This document shows, piece by piece, positions 26,819 to 35,057 of a DNA stretch of 43,319 nt. Made by a program: the position numbers and the translations under genes. The DNA is from a virus. Its lineage: Duplodnaviria > Caudoviricetes. Position 1 is the first letter of the stretch, and each line of letters starts with the position of its first letter. The stretch covers positions 1-43,319 of IMG/VR virus record IMGVR_UViG_3300037478_000161; one strand, 5' to 3'. The notes below the pieces were generated by a model. It had not been told where the DNA came from. It did no database searches and was given only the letters and a program-made list of their open reading frames with translations.

Positions 26819-27219
26819 GGCTTCTCCTCGTCGCTGGTGGTGTGCGGGTCGGGGTCGGCCACCGGGGCCAGGGCGCGGGCAATGTCACAGGCGATGCAGA
26901 TGCAGCGGGATTGCATTGGGAAGACCTCATCGCTGACTCCGACGTGCTGCCGCCACTTGTCGAGCGCGGCGTCCACGGCGGCGCGGAGGCGGCGCACCTC
27001 GGCCACCAGGTCGGGCACGTCAGTACGGGCGTGGGCGATGAACTCGGCGTTGGCTGGCGGCCACTCCGGATCGGTCCAGGTCTCAGCAACAGCGACCTCA
27101 GCGTCGTTGCCGATTCGTTGCGGGTAGCCGTGCTCACCGAGCGCCTCCCAGTACCACACTCCCGGCGTCGCGGCCTCGGCCCGCGCCTCGATCTCGGCTA
27201 GTTGCTCAGGTGTCATCAC
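26815..27219 (-). CDS. Ead/Ea22-like phage protein
   Basis: LAEIEARAEAATPG.W...NAEFIAHARTDVP.LVAEVRRLR. Confidence 0.75.
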   Translation of the reverse strand: MMTPEQLAEIEARAEAATPGVWYWEALGEHGYPQRIGNDAEVAVAETWTDPEWPPANAEFIAHARTDVPDLVAEVRRLRAAVDAALDKWRQHVGVSDEVFPMQSRCICIACDIARALAPVADPDPHTTSDEEKP

Positions 27220-27358
27220 TGCCTGCTTCCTCGTACACGAGCCCGCCCTCAGCCCTCACGAGCGGCGGGGACTGCACGGGGCCGGTCATGCCGTCGAGCG
27301 GGCCGGGCGGGCCGACCGGATGGGCGGCGGCGTCGGCGGTGTAGCGGACGGTGGTCAT
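27206..27358 (-). CDS. Small hypothetical protein
   Basis: MTTVRYTADAAAHP..., coupled. Confidence 0.4.
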   Translation of the reverse strand: MTTVRYTADAAAHPVGPPGPLDGMTGPVQSPPLVRAEGGLVYEEAGSDDT

Positions 27359-27657
27359 CGGGACTTCACCTGCTCGCGGTACGCAGCGCGGGCGATTGCC
27401 CTGAGTGCCCAACCGCCGATCAGGCCGGTTGCCGAGATGGCGAAGTACAGCCACTCGCCGGTCTGTCGCGAGTACAGGAACCAAGTGATGACGATCGCCG
27501 AACCAGCGAGATACCCAACGACGCCAAGGGGTCGGTAGCCGTGCAGCTTGGCTTTGGCGCGGGCCGTGGCCATCTCCTCGCCCAACACGACAGATATTGG
27601 GGCCATCGCCGCGAGCATGACCACGGTCAGGATCAGGATGAGCACAAGCAGGTTCAT
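27355..27657 (-). CDS. Three-TM membrane protein
   Basis: Three hydrophobic segments. Confidence 0.65.
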   Translation of the reverse strand: MNLLVLILILTVVMLAAMAPISVVLGEEMATARAKAKLHGYRPLGVVGYLAGSAIVITWFLYSRQTGEWLYFAISATGLIGGWALRAIARAAYREQVKSR

Positions 27658-27872
27658 TCCGGCACCTCCACGTGGTCGTGGATCAGCGCCAGCGCCTCGG
27701 CGGTGTGCTCGGTGAAGGTCTGCGGGCGGTCGTCGGCGTGGACGAGCCGCCAGCCGGACTCGGCGAGACGCTCGGCCTGGAAGGCGGCAATGCGCTGTGC
27801 GTTGCCGAGCACTTCGTGGCCAATGCCGGCGGGCAGGGCGGACGCCAGCGCGGCGGCGGTGCGGTCGGTCAT
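27654..27872 (-). CDS. Hypothetical protein
   Basis: AAGGAG RBS, ATG at 27872. Confidence 0.55.
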   Translation of the reverse strand: MTDRTAAALASALPAGIGHEVLGNAQRIAAFQAERLAESGWRLVHADDRPQTFTEHTAEALALIHDHVEVPE

Positions 27873-28073
27873 GGTTAGACTCCTTGTCGTAGTGGCGATC
27901 AGGTCCGGCACGGGGAAGGCTTGGCCTGGTCGCTGCTTGCTGTTCAGTTGTGGACCGCCACCCGGGCCTCTAAGGGGGGTGCCGCAGAAGGGAAAGCGGC
28001 GGGCCCGGGCGGCGGCGTTTGTCCGGGCGGCTGGCAGAGCGTGGCGAGTCGTGGCCTGGCCGCCCGGCGGTCG

Positions 28074-28199
28074 TCAGGGCGGGTCGTCGCGTGGCGTGTC
28101 GCCGAACGGGCGCCCGTCGCGGTACGCCAGCGCCACCGCCAGTGCGACAGCGAGCAGGAAGCCGGCGACCAGACCGAACCCGAACGACCAGCCGTTCAC
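28074..28199 (-). CDS. Small single-TM protein
   Basis: MNGWSFGFGLVAGFLLAVALAVALAY... Confidence 0.5.
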   Translation of the reverse strand: MNGWSFGFGLVAGFLLAVALAVALAYRDGRPFGDTPRDDPP

Positions 28200-28453
28200 A
28201 CCGTCACCCCCGTTTCGGTCGCGGCGAGCCGTGCCCGCAGCTGCGCGTTCTCGGCCTCGAGCCCGGCGATGGTGCGGTTCGCGGCGGCTCGCACCTTGGC
28301 GATCTCCTGGTATGGGTCGGTCAGGATCAGCCATGCATCGACGAGCCGGCCGAGCGCGGCGGCGTGCTCTTCGCGGGTGGCGGTCCAGCCGTGGTCGGTT
28401 TGGATGCGCTGGGCGTAGTCGGCGAGCTGGTCTTGCAGGTGGCGGCGCGGCAT
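28196..28453 (-). CDS. Hypothetical protein
   Basis: MPRRHLQDQLADY..., coupled. Confidence 0.55.
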   Translation of the reverse strand: MPRRHLQDQLADYAQRIQTDHGWTATREEHAAALGRLVDAWLILTDPYQEIAKVRAAANRTIAGLEAENAQLRARLAATETGVTV

Positions 28454-28860
28454 CAGATCGACCCCAATGCACCGAAGTTCGGCAGCACCGGCGCCCCGTC
28501 GGCGCGGCCCCACAGATGCAGGGCGTGTTCGTGGATGTTCACGTGATCCGACGACGACGCGAACACCTGATAGGCGGTCCGGTTCGGCCCGAACACCGAC
28601 TCGTGCAGGACCTTGAGTTGGGCGTAGGTTGGGGTCAGATCAACCCAGGCGATCGACGCGTGAATCCACTCGTCGCCGTCATGCTCAGCCTGTGACACGA
28701 TCACTGAGCCGTTCGTCGGGCGTGGTGCCCTAGTGAGCCTGAACTTGAAGCCAGCAGCGCCGTGCCAGATCCAATATCCCGCCTGGTAGCCATTCTCCCG
28801 CCAGATTTTCTGGCATCGGCGCACGCTCACCGCCAGGTCAGGTTCCTGTTGGACGGTCAT
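28453..28860 (-). CDS. Conserved phage protein (His-rich C-terminal motif)
   Basis: WIHASI...PTY..L....F...HVNIHEHALHLW. Confidence 0.7.
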   Translation of the reverse strand: MTVQQEPDLAVSVRRCQKIWRENGYQAGYWIWHGAAGFKFRLTRAPRPTNGSVIVSQAEHDGDEWIHASIAWVDLTPTYAQLKVLHESVFGPNRTAYQVFASSSDHVNIHEHALHLWGRADGAPVLPNFGALGSI

Positions 28861-28971
28861 CGGTCCCCCCTTTCGTGGGTTGTCAGGCCGGCCAGGTCCA
28901 GCCGCCGAGCCAGGCGAGCAGGTTCGCGGCGAGGACGGCGGCCACGGCCAGCGGCGCGAACGGGCGGCGGG

Positions 28972-29325
28972 TCATGACTCGTCGTTCGGCTTGAGAATCT
29001 CGCCGGTGTGCGGGTCGATCCCGCCGAACGCGGCCCGCATGTCCTCTTCGAGATCGAACGGAAGGACCGTCTTCCCGGTCCGCCGCTCCAATGCCCGGCG
29101 GAGCATCTTCGCCGCCAGGTCCCGGTCCCCTTCCTCGATCGCCTCGATGCGGCGAATACGGGCCGTGGGTTCCACGTCGCCGGTGTCGGTGTCGGTGGTG
29201 AGCTTCTTGCAGTCCACGAGCGCGACCACGACGTGTACCGATTCGGGCGCGTCGATCATGGCTCGGGCGAGGGCGGCCAATCCGTTCGCCTCACCCTTTG
29301 GTAGTTGTGCAGCTAGCTTCGTCAT
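28972..29325 (-). CDS. Conserved actinophage hypothetical protein
   Basis: LPKG..NGL, TD.DTG...PT.RIRRIE, RTG.TVLP. Confidence 0.7.
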   Translation of the reverse strand: MTKLAAQLPKGEANGLAALARAMIDAPESVHVVVALVDCKKLTTDTDTGDVEPTARIRRIEAIEEGDRDLAAKMLRRALERRTGKTVLPFDLEEDMRAAFGGIDPHTGEILKPNDES

Positions 29326-29326
29326 G

Positions 29327-29425
29327 TCACTTCCCTTTCGGCGGTGGGATCGGCTTGGACGGCGGCGGTTTCGGGTGCGGCCGGTCGTTGATCGGCGGCT
29401 TGGGCTGGTTGCCGTTGCCGCTCAC
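29327..29425 (-). CDS. Proline-rich micropeptide (32 aa)
   Basis: MSGNGNQPKPPINDRPHPKPPPSKPIPPPKGK; GGAGGT RBS; fills the gap exactly. Confidence 0.45.
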   Translation of the reverse strand: MSGNGNQPKPPINDRPHPKPPPSKPIPPPKGK

Positions 29426-30120
29426 GCGGTCACCTCCAGCACGCCTTGAGAGAGGCGACGTGCGGCGATCTCGCAGTAGCGCTCCTCGATCTCGACGCCG
29501 ATGACCTTCCAGCCCGCCTCCCTCGCCCAGATGAGCGAGCCGCCGGCACCTGCGAACGGATCGAGCAGGATGGGTGTCGGCTTGGCGACGGCTTCACCGA
29601 GGAATGCCCACAGTTGGCCGGGCTTTTCGGCGGGATGCTGACGGTTGAGCGTGCGGACGGGCATGATTCCGACGACGTCTTGACGGAACCCGTCGGCATA
29701 CTGCGTCTGCGGTGTCCGGGCATGCAGAACTAGCTCGTGACTGTGCAGCCAGCCCCGTCCTCGCCGACCGGTCGGCTTGTACCAGACGAGCATGTGACTC
29801 TGCGGCCAAACGGAGTAGGCGACCTTGAAGAAGATCGGGTACGTCTCGCCGTCGCAGCAGATGTAAATGTGCGGGTCCGGTCTCGTCACTCGACTAACGG
29901 CCCGGAACACTTCACTAAAGAATGGCTCCATGACCACGAGGTCTCCCCACGAGCGGGGGTAACCACCGTTCTCTTCGGCGCCTTGGTACTTCACGGGCAC
30001 ACTGAACGGCGGGTCAGTCATGATCACATCGACGCTGTTCGCGGCCAGTGTGGGCAGCACCTCGCGGCAGTCCCCGTGATACAGGGTGACCAGCCCGTCG
30101 GTGTAGTACGGCTCGGTCAC
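29422..30120 (-). CDS. N4/N6 DNA methyltransferase
   Basis: LYHGDCREVL, TDPPF, HPAEKP, LDPFAGAG, IEIEERYCEIAARRL. Confidence 0.92.
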   Translation of the reverse strand: MTEPYYTDGLVTLYHGDCREVLPTLAANSVDVIMTDPPFSVPVKYQGAEENGGYPRSWGDLVVMEPFFSEVFRAVSRVTRPDPHIYICCDGETYPIFFKVAYSVWPQSHMLVWYKPTGRRGRGWLHSHELVLHARTPQTQYADGFRQDVVGIMPVRTLNRQHPAEKPGQLWAFLGEAVAKPTPILLDPFAGAGGSLIWAREAGWKVIGVEIEERYCEIAARRLSQGVLEVTA

Positions 30121-30332
30121 GACGCCTCCCGCCGCTGCTGGCGGCGCAGCTTGGCGAGCTCGACGTCGCGCAGGTCGAACAGGAAGGCCAGCACACGGTC
30201 GCGGGCGCCGCCGGGCACGGTTTCGGCGGGCGGTAGTTCGCCGCGCTTGACGAGTCGGCTGACGGTGCGGACGTGGACGCCGAGGAGTTCGGCGGCCTGT
30301 CGGCTGTTCAGCAGTTGCCGCGTGTTGGACAT
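30117..30332 (-). CDS. Cro/excisionase-like HTH protein, leaderless
   Basis: LLNSRQAAELLGVHVRTVSRLVKRGEL; first gene of the lytic operon. Confidence 0.8.
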   Translation of the reverse strand: MSNTRQLLNSRQAAELLGVHVRTVSRLVKRGELPPAETVPGGARDRVLAFLFDLRDVELAKLRRQQRREAS

Positions 30333-30434
30333 AGCTGTACCGTAGACGCGGGTTGGACATATGTCAATGATTGGACGGCGCGAGTTTCGGTGAAGGTATT
30401 GACAGGAGTACTCGCCGTGTCCTACGTTGGACAT
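30322..30434. promoter_or_regulatory. Divergent leaderless promoters with repeated operator GTTGGACAT
   Basis: Leftward TTGACA(30367-30362)-17-TACGGT-6-ATG; rightward TTGACA(30399)-18-TACGTT-6-GTG; GTTGGACAT three times; near-palindrome TGTCCTACGTTGGACA. Confidence 0.8.
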
Positions 30435-30605
30435 GTGAGAACGAACCGCGAAAGATACACCGCCTTAGCCGCCACGGTGCCCGCGCACTGGGCAGACTCC
30501 GCCGAGGAGAACGCTGCCGAGATGGGGCTGGCAGTCGACTCCGATGAGTTCTTCACCGAATGCTTCCGGCAGCTAGCCGCTCGGGTCGATGAGGAACGGC
30601 CATGA
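30435..30605 (+). CDS. Small acidic protein upstream of the repressor
   Basis: Leaderless GTG, MRTNRERYTALAATVPAHW...; ATGA overlap with the repressor. Confidence 0.55.
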   Translation: MRTNRERYTALAATVPAHWADSAEENAAEMGLAVDSDEFFTECFRQLAARVDEERP

Positions 30606-30985
30606 CCGTCGAAACGTCGCAGGGCGTGATACCCCAGTGGACCGTGCCGGACAAGATCCGCAAGGCACGCGAGCACGCCGGCCTGTCCCAGCAGGAGCTG
30701 GCCGACCGGCTCAGCGTGACCCGCACCAGCGTGGTCAACTGGGAACGCGGACACACCCGCCCGCTACGGCTCATCCTGCGCCTGCTGGCCCAGGAAACCG
30801 GCGTGGACGAGCAGTGGCTGAGCCAAGAGGGTCCGCTTATATCACTACAAACCGATATACCTGCTGGTATACCAAGCCAACCCGCGACTCCCGGTCACGC
30901 CCCTGTCGATAACGAAATCACCCGGCTCCGCAAGCGCATCCCACTGAACCCCGCGCTCGCGCTCGTCCTGAGGTTGGCGTCATGA
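30602..30985 (+). CDS. Immunity repressor (Xre HTH), BPs-like
   Basis: IPQWT..DKIRKAREHAGLSQQELADRL.V.R..V.NWE.G...P; low-complexity tail ending LRLAS. Confidence 0.88.
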   Translation: MTVETSQGVIPQWTVPDKIRKAREHAGLSQQELADRLSVTRTSVVNWERGHTRPLRLILRLLAQETGVDEQWLSQEGPLISLQTDIPAGIPSQPATPGHAPVDNEITRLRKRIPLNPALALVLRLAS

Positions 30986-31353
30986 ATACACAATCAGCGA
31001 TCGCCGAGCACCTGTATCGCAACTTCCGCGACCCGCTCGACCTCGACTGGGAGGAGCTTCCACGGTCGCGCCGCGATATCTGGGGCCGGCGTGCCGGGGC
31101 GGTGCTGCAAATACTCGCCGACCAGGGCGGCGACATCACTCGGTTCACATGGATACCTACCCCAACGTGGCGCGCAGTCGGCCCCGAAGGGGACGTGTGG
31201 TGCGAATCCTCCAACGAAAGCGAAGTGCGAGAGCTCGCTCGCCCGAATGACAGGCTCGAACAGCTATGGAGCGGTGTTGCCACCGAATGGCGGACAGAAG
31301 ATGGCGCCCATGACCAAACGGACCACTTGTGGTCACCCGAACGGACCATTTAG
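30982..31353 (+). CDS. Hypothetical Trp-rich protein between repressor and integrase
   Basis: 123 aa, ATGA coupling. Confidence 0.6.
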   Translation: MNTQSAIAEHLYRNFRDPLDLDWEELPRSRRDIWGRRAGAVLQILADQGGDITRFTWIPTPTWRAVGPEGDVWCESSNESEVRELARPNDRLEQLWSGVATEWRTEDGAHDQTDHLWSPERTI

Positions 31354-31356
31354 ATC

Positions 31357-32316
31357 ATGACCGGCGGTCATGATCTTCCAACAATCCCAAGCAAGGTGTA
31401 CGGTGCGGTCCCTGAGTCGAAGATCCCTGGGGGGGCGATCAACGACGGGGGAAGCATGTTCGGGGGGCACGACCACACCGAGACATGGGCGGCAGCCATC
31501 GACGGCTGGACCACCTCACTACGAGTCAGCAAATCACCGACCACCATCCGGCAGCGCCGATGGCAGTTGCGTAAGCTCGCCGAGACCTACCCGCGGCGCA
31601 GCCCGTTCAAGCTCACCGTCGACCAGCTCGAGGCGTGGCTCGGCGGGCAGGACTGGAACGCCGAGTCCCGCAAGTCGGCTCGCGGCGCGGTCAGGAGCTT
31701 CTACGCCTGGGCGGTCAAGACCGGCAGGTGCAAGCGGAACCCGGCTGAGAAGCTGGACCCGATCACGGTGCCGCGAAGGCTGCCCCGCCCCGCCTCTGAT
31801 GCGGTGCTGCTGGCCGCGCTCGACGGGGCGGACGACCGGCTGACGTTGATGCTGCTGCTGGCGGCGCAGGGCGGGCTGCGGGTGCATGAGATCGCCGGGC
31901 TGCGGTGGGACAGCATCGACGGCGACTGGCTCATCATTCGCGGCAAGCGTGACACCGAACGCCGGGTCGGCATCGCGCCCCGGCTGTTGGCCGCGCTGAC
32001 CGCCGAGCAGGAGCGCCGCGATTCCGGCCACCTGGGCTCAGGCTTCCGGTACGGGCTCGGCGACCCCGGCGTGTTCGTGTTCCCCGGCAAGCGCGGCGGC
32101 ATGACCCCCACGTGGGTGTCGTCGCTCATCTCGGCCGCGCTCGGCGACGGCACCACGCCGCACCAGCTGCGGCACCGCGCCGCCACCACAGCGCTCGACG
32201 AGACCGGCGACCTGGCCGCGGTGCAGGACTTCCTCGGCCACGCCAAACCTGAGACCACCCGCATCTACGCACGGAGCAGCGACCGCGCCCTGCGGCGCGT
32301 CGCCGACTCGCTATAG
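31357..32316 (+). CDS. int: Tyrosine integrase/recombinase lacking an arm-binding domain
   Basis: GLRVHEI, GKR, HQLRH, LGHA, TRIY catalytic residues; start may be 31456. Confidence 0.92.
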   Translation: MTGGHDLPTIPSKVYGAVPESKIPGGAINDGGSMFGGHDHTETWAAAIDGWTTSLRVSKSPTTIRQRRWQLRKLAETYPRRSPFKLTVDQLEAWLGGQDWNAESRKSARGAVRSFYAWAVKTGRCKRNPAEKLDPITVPRRLPRPASDAVLLAALDGADDRLTLMLLLAAQGGLRVHEIAGLRWDSIDGDWLIIRGKRDTERRVGIAPRLLAALTAEQERRDSGHLGSGFRYGLGDPGVFVFPGKRGGMTPTWVSSLISAALGDGTTPHQLRHRAATTALDETGDLAAVQDFLGHAKPETTRIYARSSDRALRRVADSL

Positions 32317-32319
32317 ACC

Positions 32320-32357
32320 CCTGCCGCCGGGAAGGTGTTCCCCGGCCCGGCGGCAGG
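32320..32357 (+). terminator. GC-rich hairpin after the integrase
   Basis: CCTGCCGCCGGG...CCCGGCGGCAGG; no U tract. Confidence 0.45.
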
Positions 32358-32390
32358 CCAAACCCAGGGGAACGCAGAAGGGGAACGATC

Positions 32391-32768
32391 ATGAGTACCA
32401 ATGACCCGTACCAGCCTAACGCGGCACTGCCGTATGACCAGGGCGGCCTCCTGCCACCTGGCCAGTCGTGGCAGCAGGTCACCCGGAAGAACGAGCAGGG
32501 CGACGTGGACTACGTGGCCTACATCCCGCCCCAGCCCCAGCCCACCAACGGCCTGGCCGTCGCCGCGCTCGTGCTCGGCATCGTGTGGGCGTTCTGGATC
32601 GGCTCGGCGCTGGCCATCGTGTTCGGCCACACCGCGCTGAACCAGATCCAGAACAGCAACCAGTCCGGTAAGGGCATGGCGGTGGCCGGGCTGGTGCTCG
32701 GCTATGTCGGCGCGGGCACGTTCGCGCTGTTCGTCGTGCTGCCGCTGCTACTGGGGGCGGGGGCATGA
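32391..32768 (+). CDS. DUF4190-like membrane protein
   Basis: TNGLAVAALVLGI...FGH.AL.QI......GKGMAVAGLVLGY. Confidence 0.85.
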   Translation: MSTNDPYQPNAALPYDQGGLLPPGQSWQQVTRKNEQGDVDYVAYIPPQPQPTNGLAVAALVLGIVWAFWIGSALAIVFGHTALNQIQNSNQSGKGMAVAGLVLGYVGAGTFALFVVLPLLLGAGA

Positions 32769-32986
32769 TCCGCTACTACTGCGACGGCTGCGGCAAGGAG
32801 ATGAGCAAGGCCGAGAAGAACGTCACGGACCATCGTGACGGCGGAGTCTTGCGCATGACCCACAAAGACCATCTAGCAATCAAGGTCACCGTCACGGCCC
32901 TGGTCGGCAGCACTGCCAACTCCGGTCATTTATGCGTGGCCTGCGCCCGGAAGATCATCAGCGAGGGATACGAGGTCGCAAAGTGA
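32765..32986 (+). CDS. Small zinc-ribbon protein
   Basis: CDGCG...HLCVAC. Confidence 0.65.
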   Translation: MIRYYCDGCGKEMSKAEKNVTDHRDGGVLRMTHKDHLAIKVTVTALVGSTANSGHLCVACARKIISEGYEVAK

Positions 32987-33675
32987 CCACCACAACCCGT
33001 GGCCGGTACGCCGTGCACCGCTCGGTGTTGCCGCGTCGCCTGCTGGCCGTTGTCGCAGCGTTGGCGTTCCTCGCCGCGCTGGCGCTGGCCGGGGCGTCAG
33101 CGGCCCGCGCCGCCGACTACGTGTCCGACCCGAACTACCTCGGGCAGCGGTTCTACGGCACCCACCTGTGCGTGGAGGACCGCACCCGCACCTCCACACT
33201 GCAAGGCGCGGTGCGGAACGCGGCGGCGGACTTCAACAACAACACGGTGCTTCGGGTGTACTACAAGCGCGGCGCCGGCTCGTGCGTCGGGTACGCCACC
33301 AAGTACGACCAGCGGATCATCGTGATCGACGGGTACTACGGCAAGACCGGCTGGGTGGGCAAACATCGCCACCGGGGCCGCTACTGCGACCCGCCGGCGG
33401 GGATCCGGCTGGAGTGCGCGAACTGGCGGCAGACGATCTCCGGCGGGTGGACCAAGGTGAACTACCGCTACCGGGTGGTGGTGCTGAACCGGTCCTACTC
33501 GTACGGCCCGTGGGGGTGGGATCACATCGCCACCCACGAGATCGGGCACGCGGTGGGACTGGACCACCGTTCGGATACGTGCGGGTCGATGATGTCGCAG
33601 ATCACCGAGTGTAAGTGGATTTCGTACTTGTCGTCTGCGGACAAGCGCACGGTCAACAACATCTACGCGCAGTGA
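32983..33675 (+). CDS. Secreted metzincin (matrixin-like) metalloprotease
   Basis: Signal peptide ending ARA-AD; HEIGHAVGLDH plus Met-turn SMM. Confidence 0.85.
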   Translation: MTTTTRGRYAVHRSVLPRRLLAVVAALAFLAALALAGASAARAADYVSDPNYLGQRFYGTHLCVEDRTRTSTLQGAVRNAAADFNNNTVLRVYYKRGAGSCVGYATKYDQRIIVIDGYYGKTGWVGKHRHRGRYCDPPAGIRLECANWRQTISGGWTKVNYRYRVVVLNRSYSYGPWGWDHIATHEIGHAVGLDHRSDTCGSMMSQITECKWISYLSSADKRTVNNIYAQ

Positions 33676-33683
33676 GGAGTGCC

Positions 33684-33863
33684 ATGACCGACGACCGTGA
33701 CCTCGTGGTCCGGCTGCGGGAGTACCGGATGGATGTGGACTCCCCGGATGTGGTGGCCGAGGCGGCCGACGAGATCGAACGGCTCCGGGCCTTCATAGCC
33801 CATCTGCGCAGCGGCAATATCCGTCTGACCGCAGATGCGTTGCAGCAGGAGGTGAACACGTGA
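33684..33863 (+). CDS. Hypothetical phage protein
   Basis: GAGGAG RBS; DLVVRLR...EAADEIERLR. Confidence 0.65.
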   Translation: MTDDRDLVVRLREYRMDVDSPDVVAEAADEIERLRAFIAHLRSGNIRLTADALQQEVNT

Positions 33864-34036
33864 AGCGAGCGCGGATCTTCAGCGAGGTCACGCCGCACGG
33901 CGAACGCTACTGGGTCTACGAGATTCGCGAGGATGACAAAACGTACGCGCGCGCCTCGGGGATTCGCTTCTCCTGGTCGACCGCAATGGCCGCTGCCGAG
34001 GCGTGGCTCGCACCTTGGCGCTGGCCCAAGACATAG
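33860..34036 (+). CDS. Small hypothetical protein
   Basis: GGAGGT RBS, MKRARIFSEVTPHGERYWVYEI... Confidence 0.5.
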   Translation: MKRARIFSEVTPHGERYWVYEIREDDKTYARASGIRFSWSTAMAAAEAWLAPWRWPKT

Positions 34037-34106
34037 CAATGCGCCCCGCCGTCGCGTGAACGACGGCGGGGCTGTACGGCCACACAACCTAGAAGGGATG
34101 GCCGCG

Positions 34107-34391
34107 ATGATGAGCGTAGAGGAATGCGGTGTGAGTTGGTGTCAGGTGAGCCAGCCGCACGACCGGCACGAGCAGGTGTTGCTGACGATCCACTGTCACC
34201 TGCTGGGCAGCAGCCAGCAGGGTCGGACGGTGCAGTTCGGTGTCACCGGGTTCGATGAGCTGACAGCGATGCCGGCGTTGACGGTGATCCGCCCGAACGG
34301 GTTGGCGCAGGAGTCGGTGGAGTTGTTCTGGGAGGATGCGTTGCGAATTGGGCCGCAGTTGGAGTCAGCGTGGGGTAGGTTCCGGCCATGA
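34107..34391 (+). CDS. Hypothetical protein
   Basis: CGVSWC....H..H N terminus; start uncertain. Confidence 0.5.
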   Translation: MMSVEECGVSWCQVSQPHDRHEQVLLTIHCHLLGSSQQGRTVQFGVTGFDELTAMPALTVIRPNGLAQESVELFWEDALRIGPQLESAWGRFRP

Positions 34392-34693
34392 CTGACCTGC
34401 CGGACCTGGTGGCGTGGCTGCGAGCGCAAATCGACGAGGACGAGCGTGCGGCGCAGGCGGCCTACGACGAGGCGAGCGACTACCGCGTGGTCGGCTCACG
34501 GCTGGCCGAGGAGCACTTCGTGTTGTGGAAGCCTGACCGGGTGCTGGCCGAGGTGGCGGCGAAGAGGCGCTTCATCGAGGTAGCCGTCGGCGCTATCGAA
34601 TCTGCTCAACCGCTCACGGGCGATCGCATCCTGCGCCTGCTGGCCCAGCCGTTCGCCGGCAAAGAAGGTTTCCGGGAGGAATGGCGTGTCTGA
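34388..34693 (+). CDS. DUF6221-like actinophage protein
   Basis: DLVAWLRAQIDEDE..A...P.RVLAEVAAKRR...LRLLA.P......FREEWR. Confidence 0.75.
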   Translation: MTDLPDLVAWLRAQIDEDERAAQAAYDEASDYRVVGSRLAEEHFVLWKPDRVLAEVAAKRRFIEVAVGAIESAQPLTGDRILRLLAQPFAGKEGFREEWRV

Positions 34694-34814
34694 AGAGTGG
34701 CGCCCGGTGCCGGGATATGAGCGGACCTATGTGGTCTCATCGCTGGGACGTGTGGCGCGGCGCCGCTTAGGGGGTGGCGTCGCCGGGCATGCGAAAGCGG
34801 CCCCGCTCCCGTGA
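34686..34814 (+). pseudogene. NUMOD4 motif-only remnant of a homing endonuclease
   Basis: MSEEWRPVPGYERTYVVSSLGRV then stops inside the terminator. Confidence 0.6.
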
Positions 34815-34825
34815 GGAGCGGGGCC
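34799..34825. terminator. Probable bidirectional intrinsic terminator between convergent operons
   Basis: GGCCCCGCTCC-CGTGA-GGAGCGGGGCC, AAA on the left and TTGTT on the right. Confidence 0.75.
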
Positions 34826-34835
34826 TTGTTGTCGG

Positions 34836-35021
34836 CTACTTGCACTCGGGGCGGTCGCTGTTCTGCCCGGGCGGGTGGCACTGCGCACCCTGGTCCTGCG
34901 GTGCGTTGTTGCCCTGCCCGTTGCCCGCGCCGGGCCCGAACGACGGGTCGGCGGCGGCTACGGTGGCGCCGGAGCCGAGCACGATGATGCTGAGCGCGGC
35001 GCCGGCGAAGAGGCGCTTCAT
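34836..35021 (-). CDS. Small secreted peptide with two cysteines
   Basis: Signal peptide MKRLFAGAALSIIVLGSGATVAAA; mature DPSFGPG...CHPPGQNSDRPECK; GGGAGGT RBS. Confidence 0.75.
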   Translation of the reverse strand: MKRLFAGAALSIIVLGSGATVAAADPSFGPGAGNGQGNNAPQDQGAQCHPPGQNSDRPECK

Positions 35022-35057
35022 GGTTTCACCTCCCCTCTTGCCGAGATGGGAAGTGGC

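Noticed and set aside
30830-30880. tRNA gene or tRNA-derived attP
   Set aside because: No T-loop GTTCGA motif or cloverleaf seen here; no tRNA noticed elsewhere by eye
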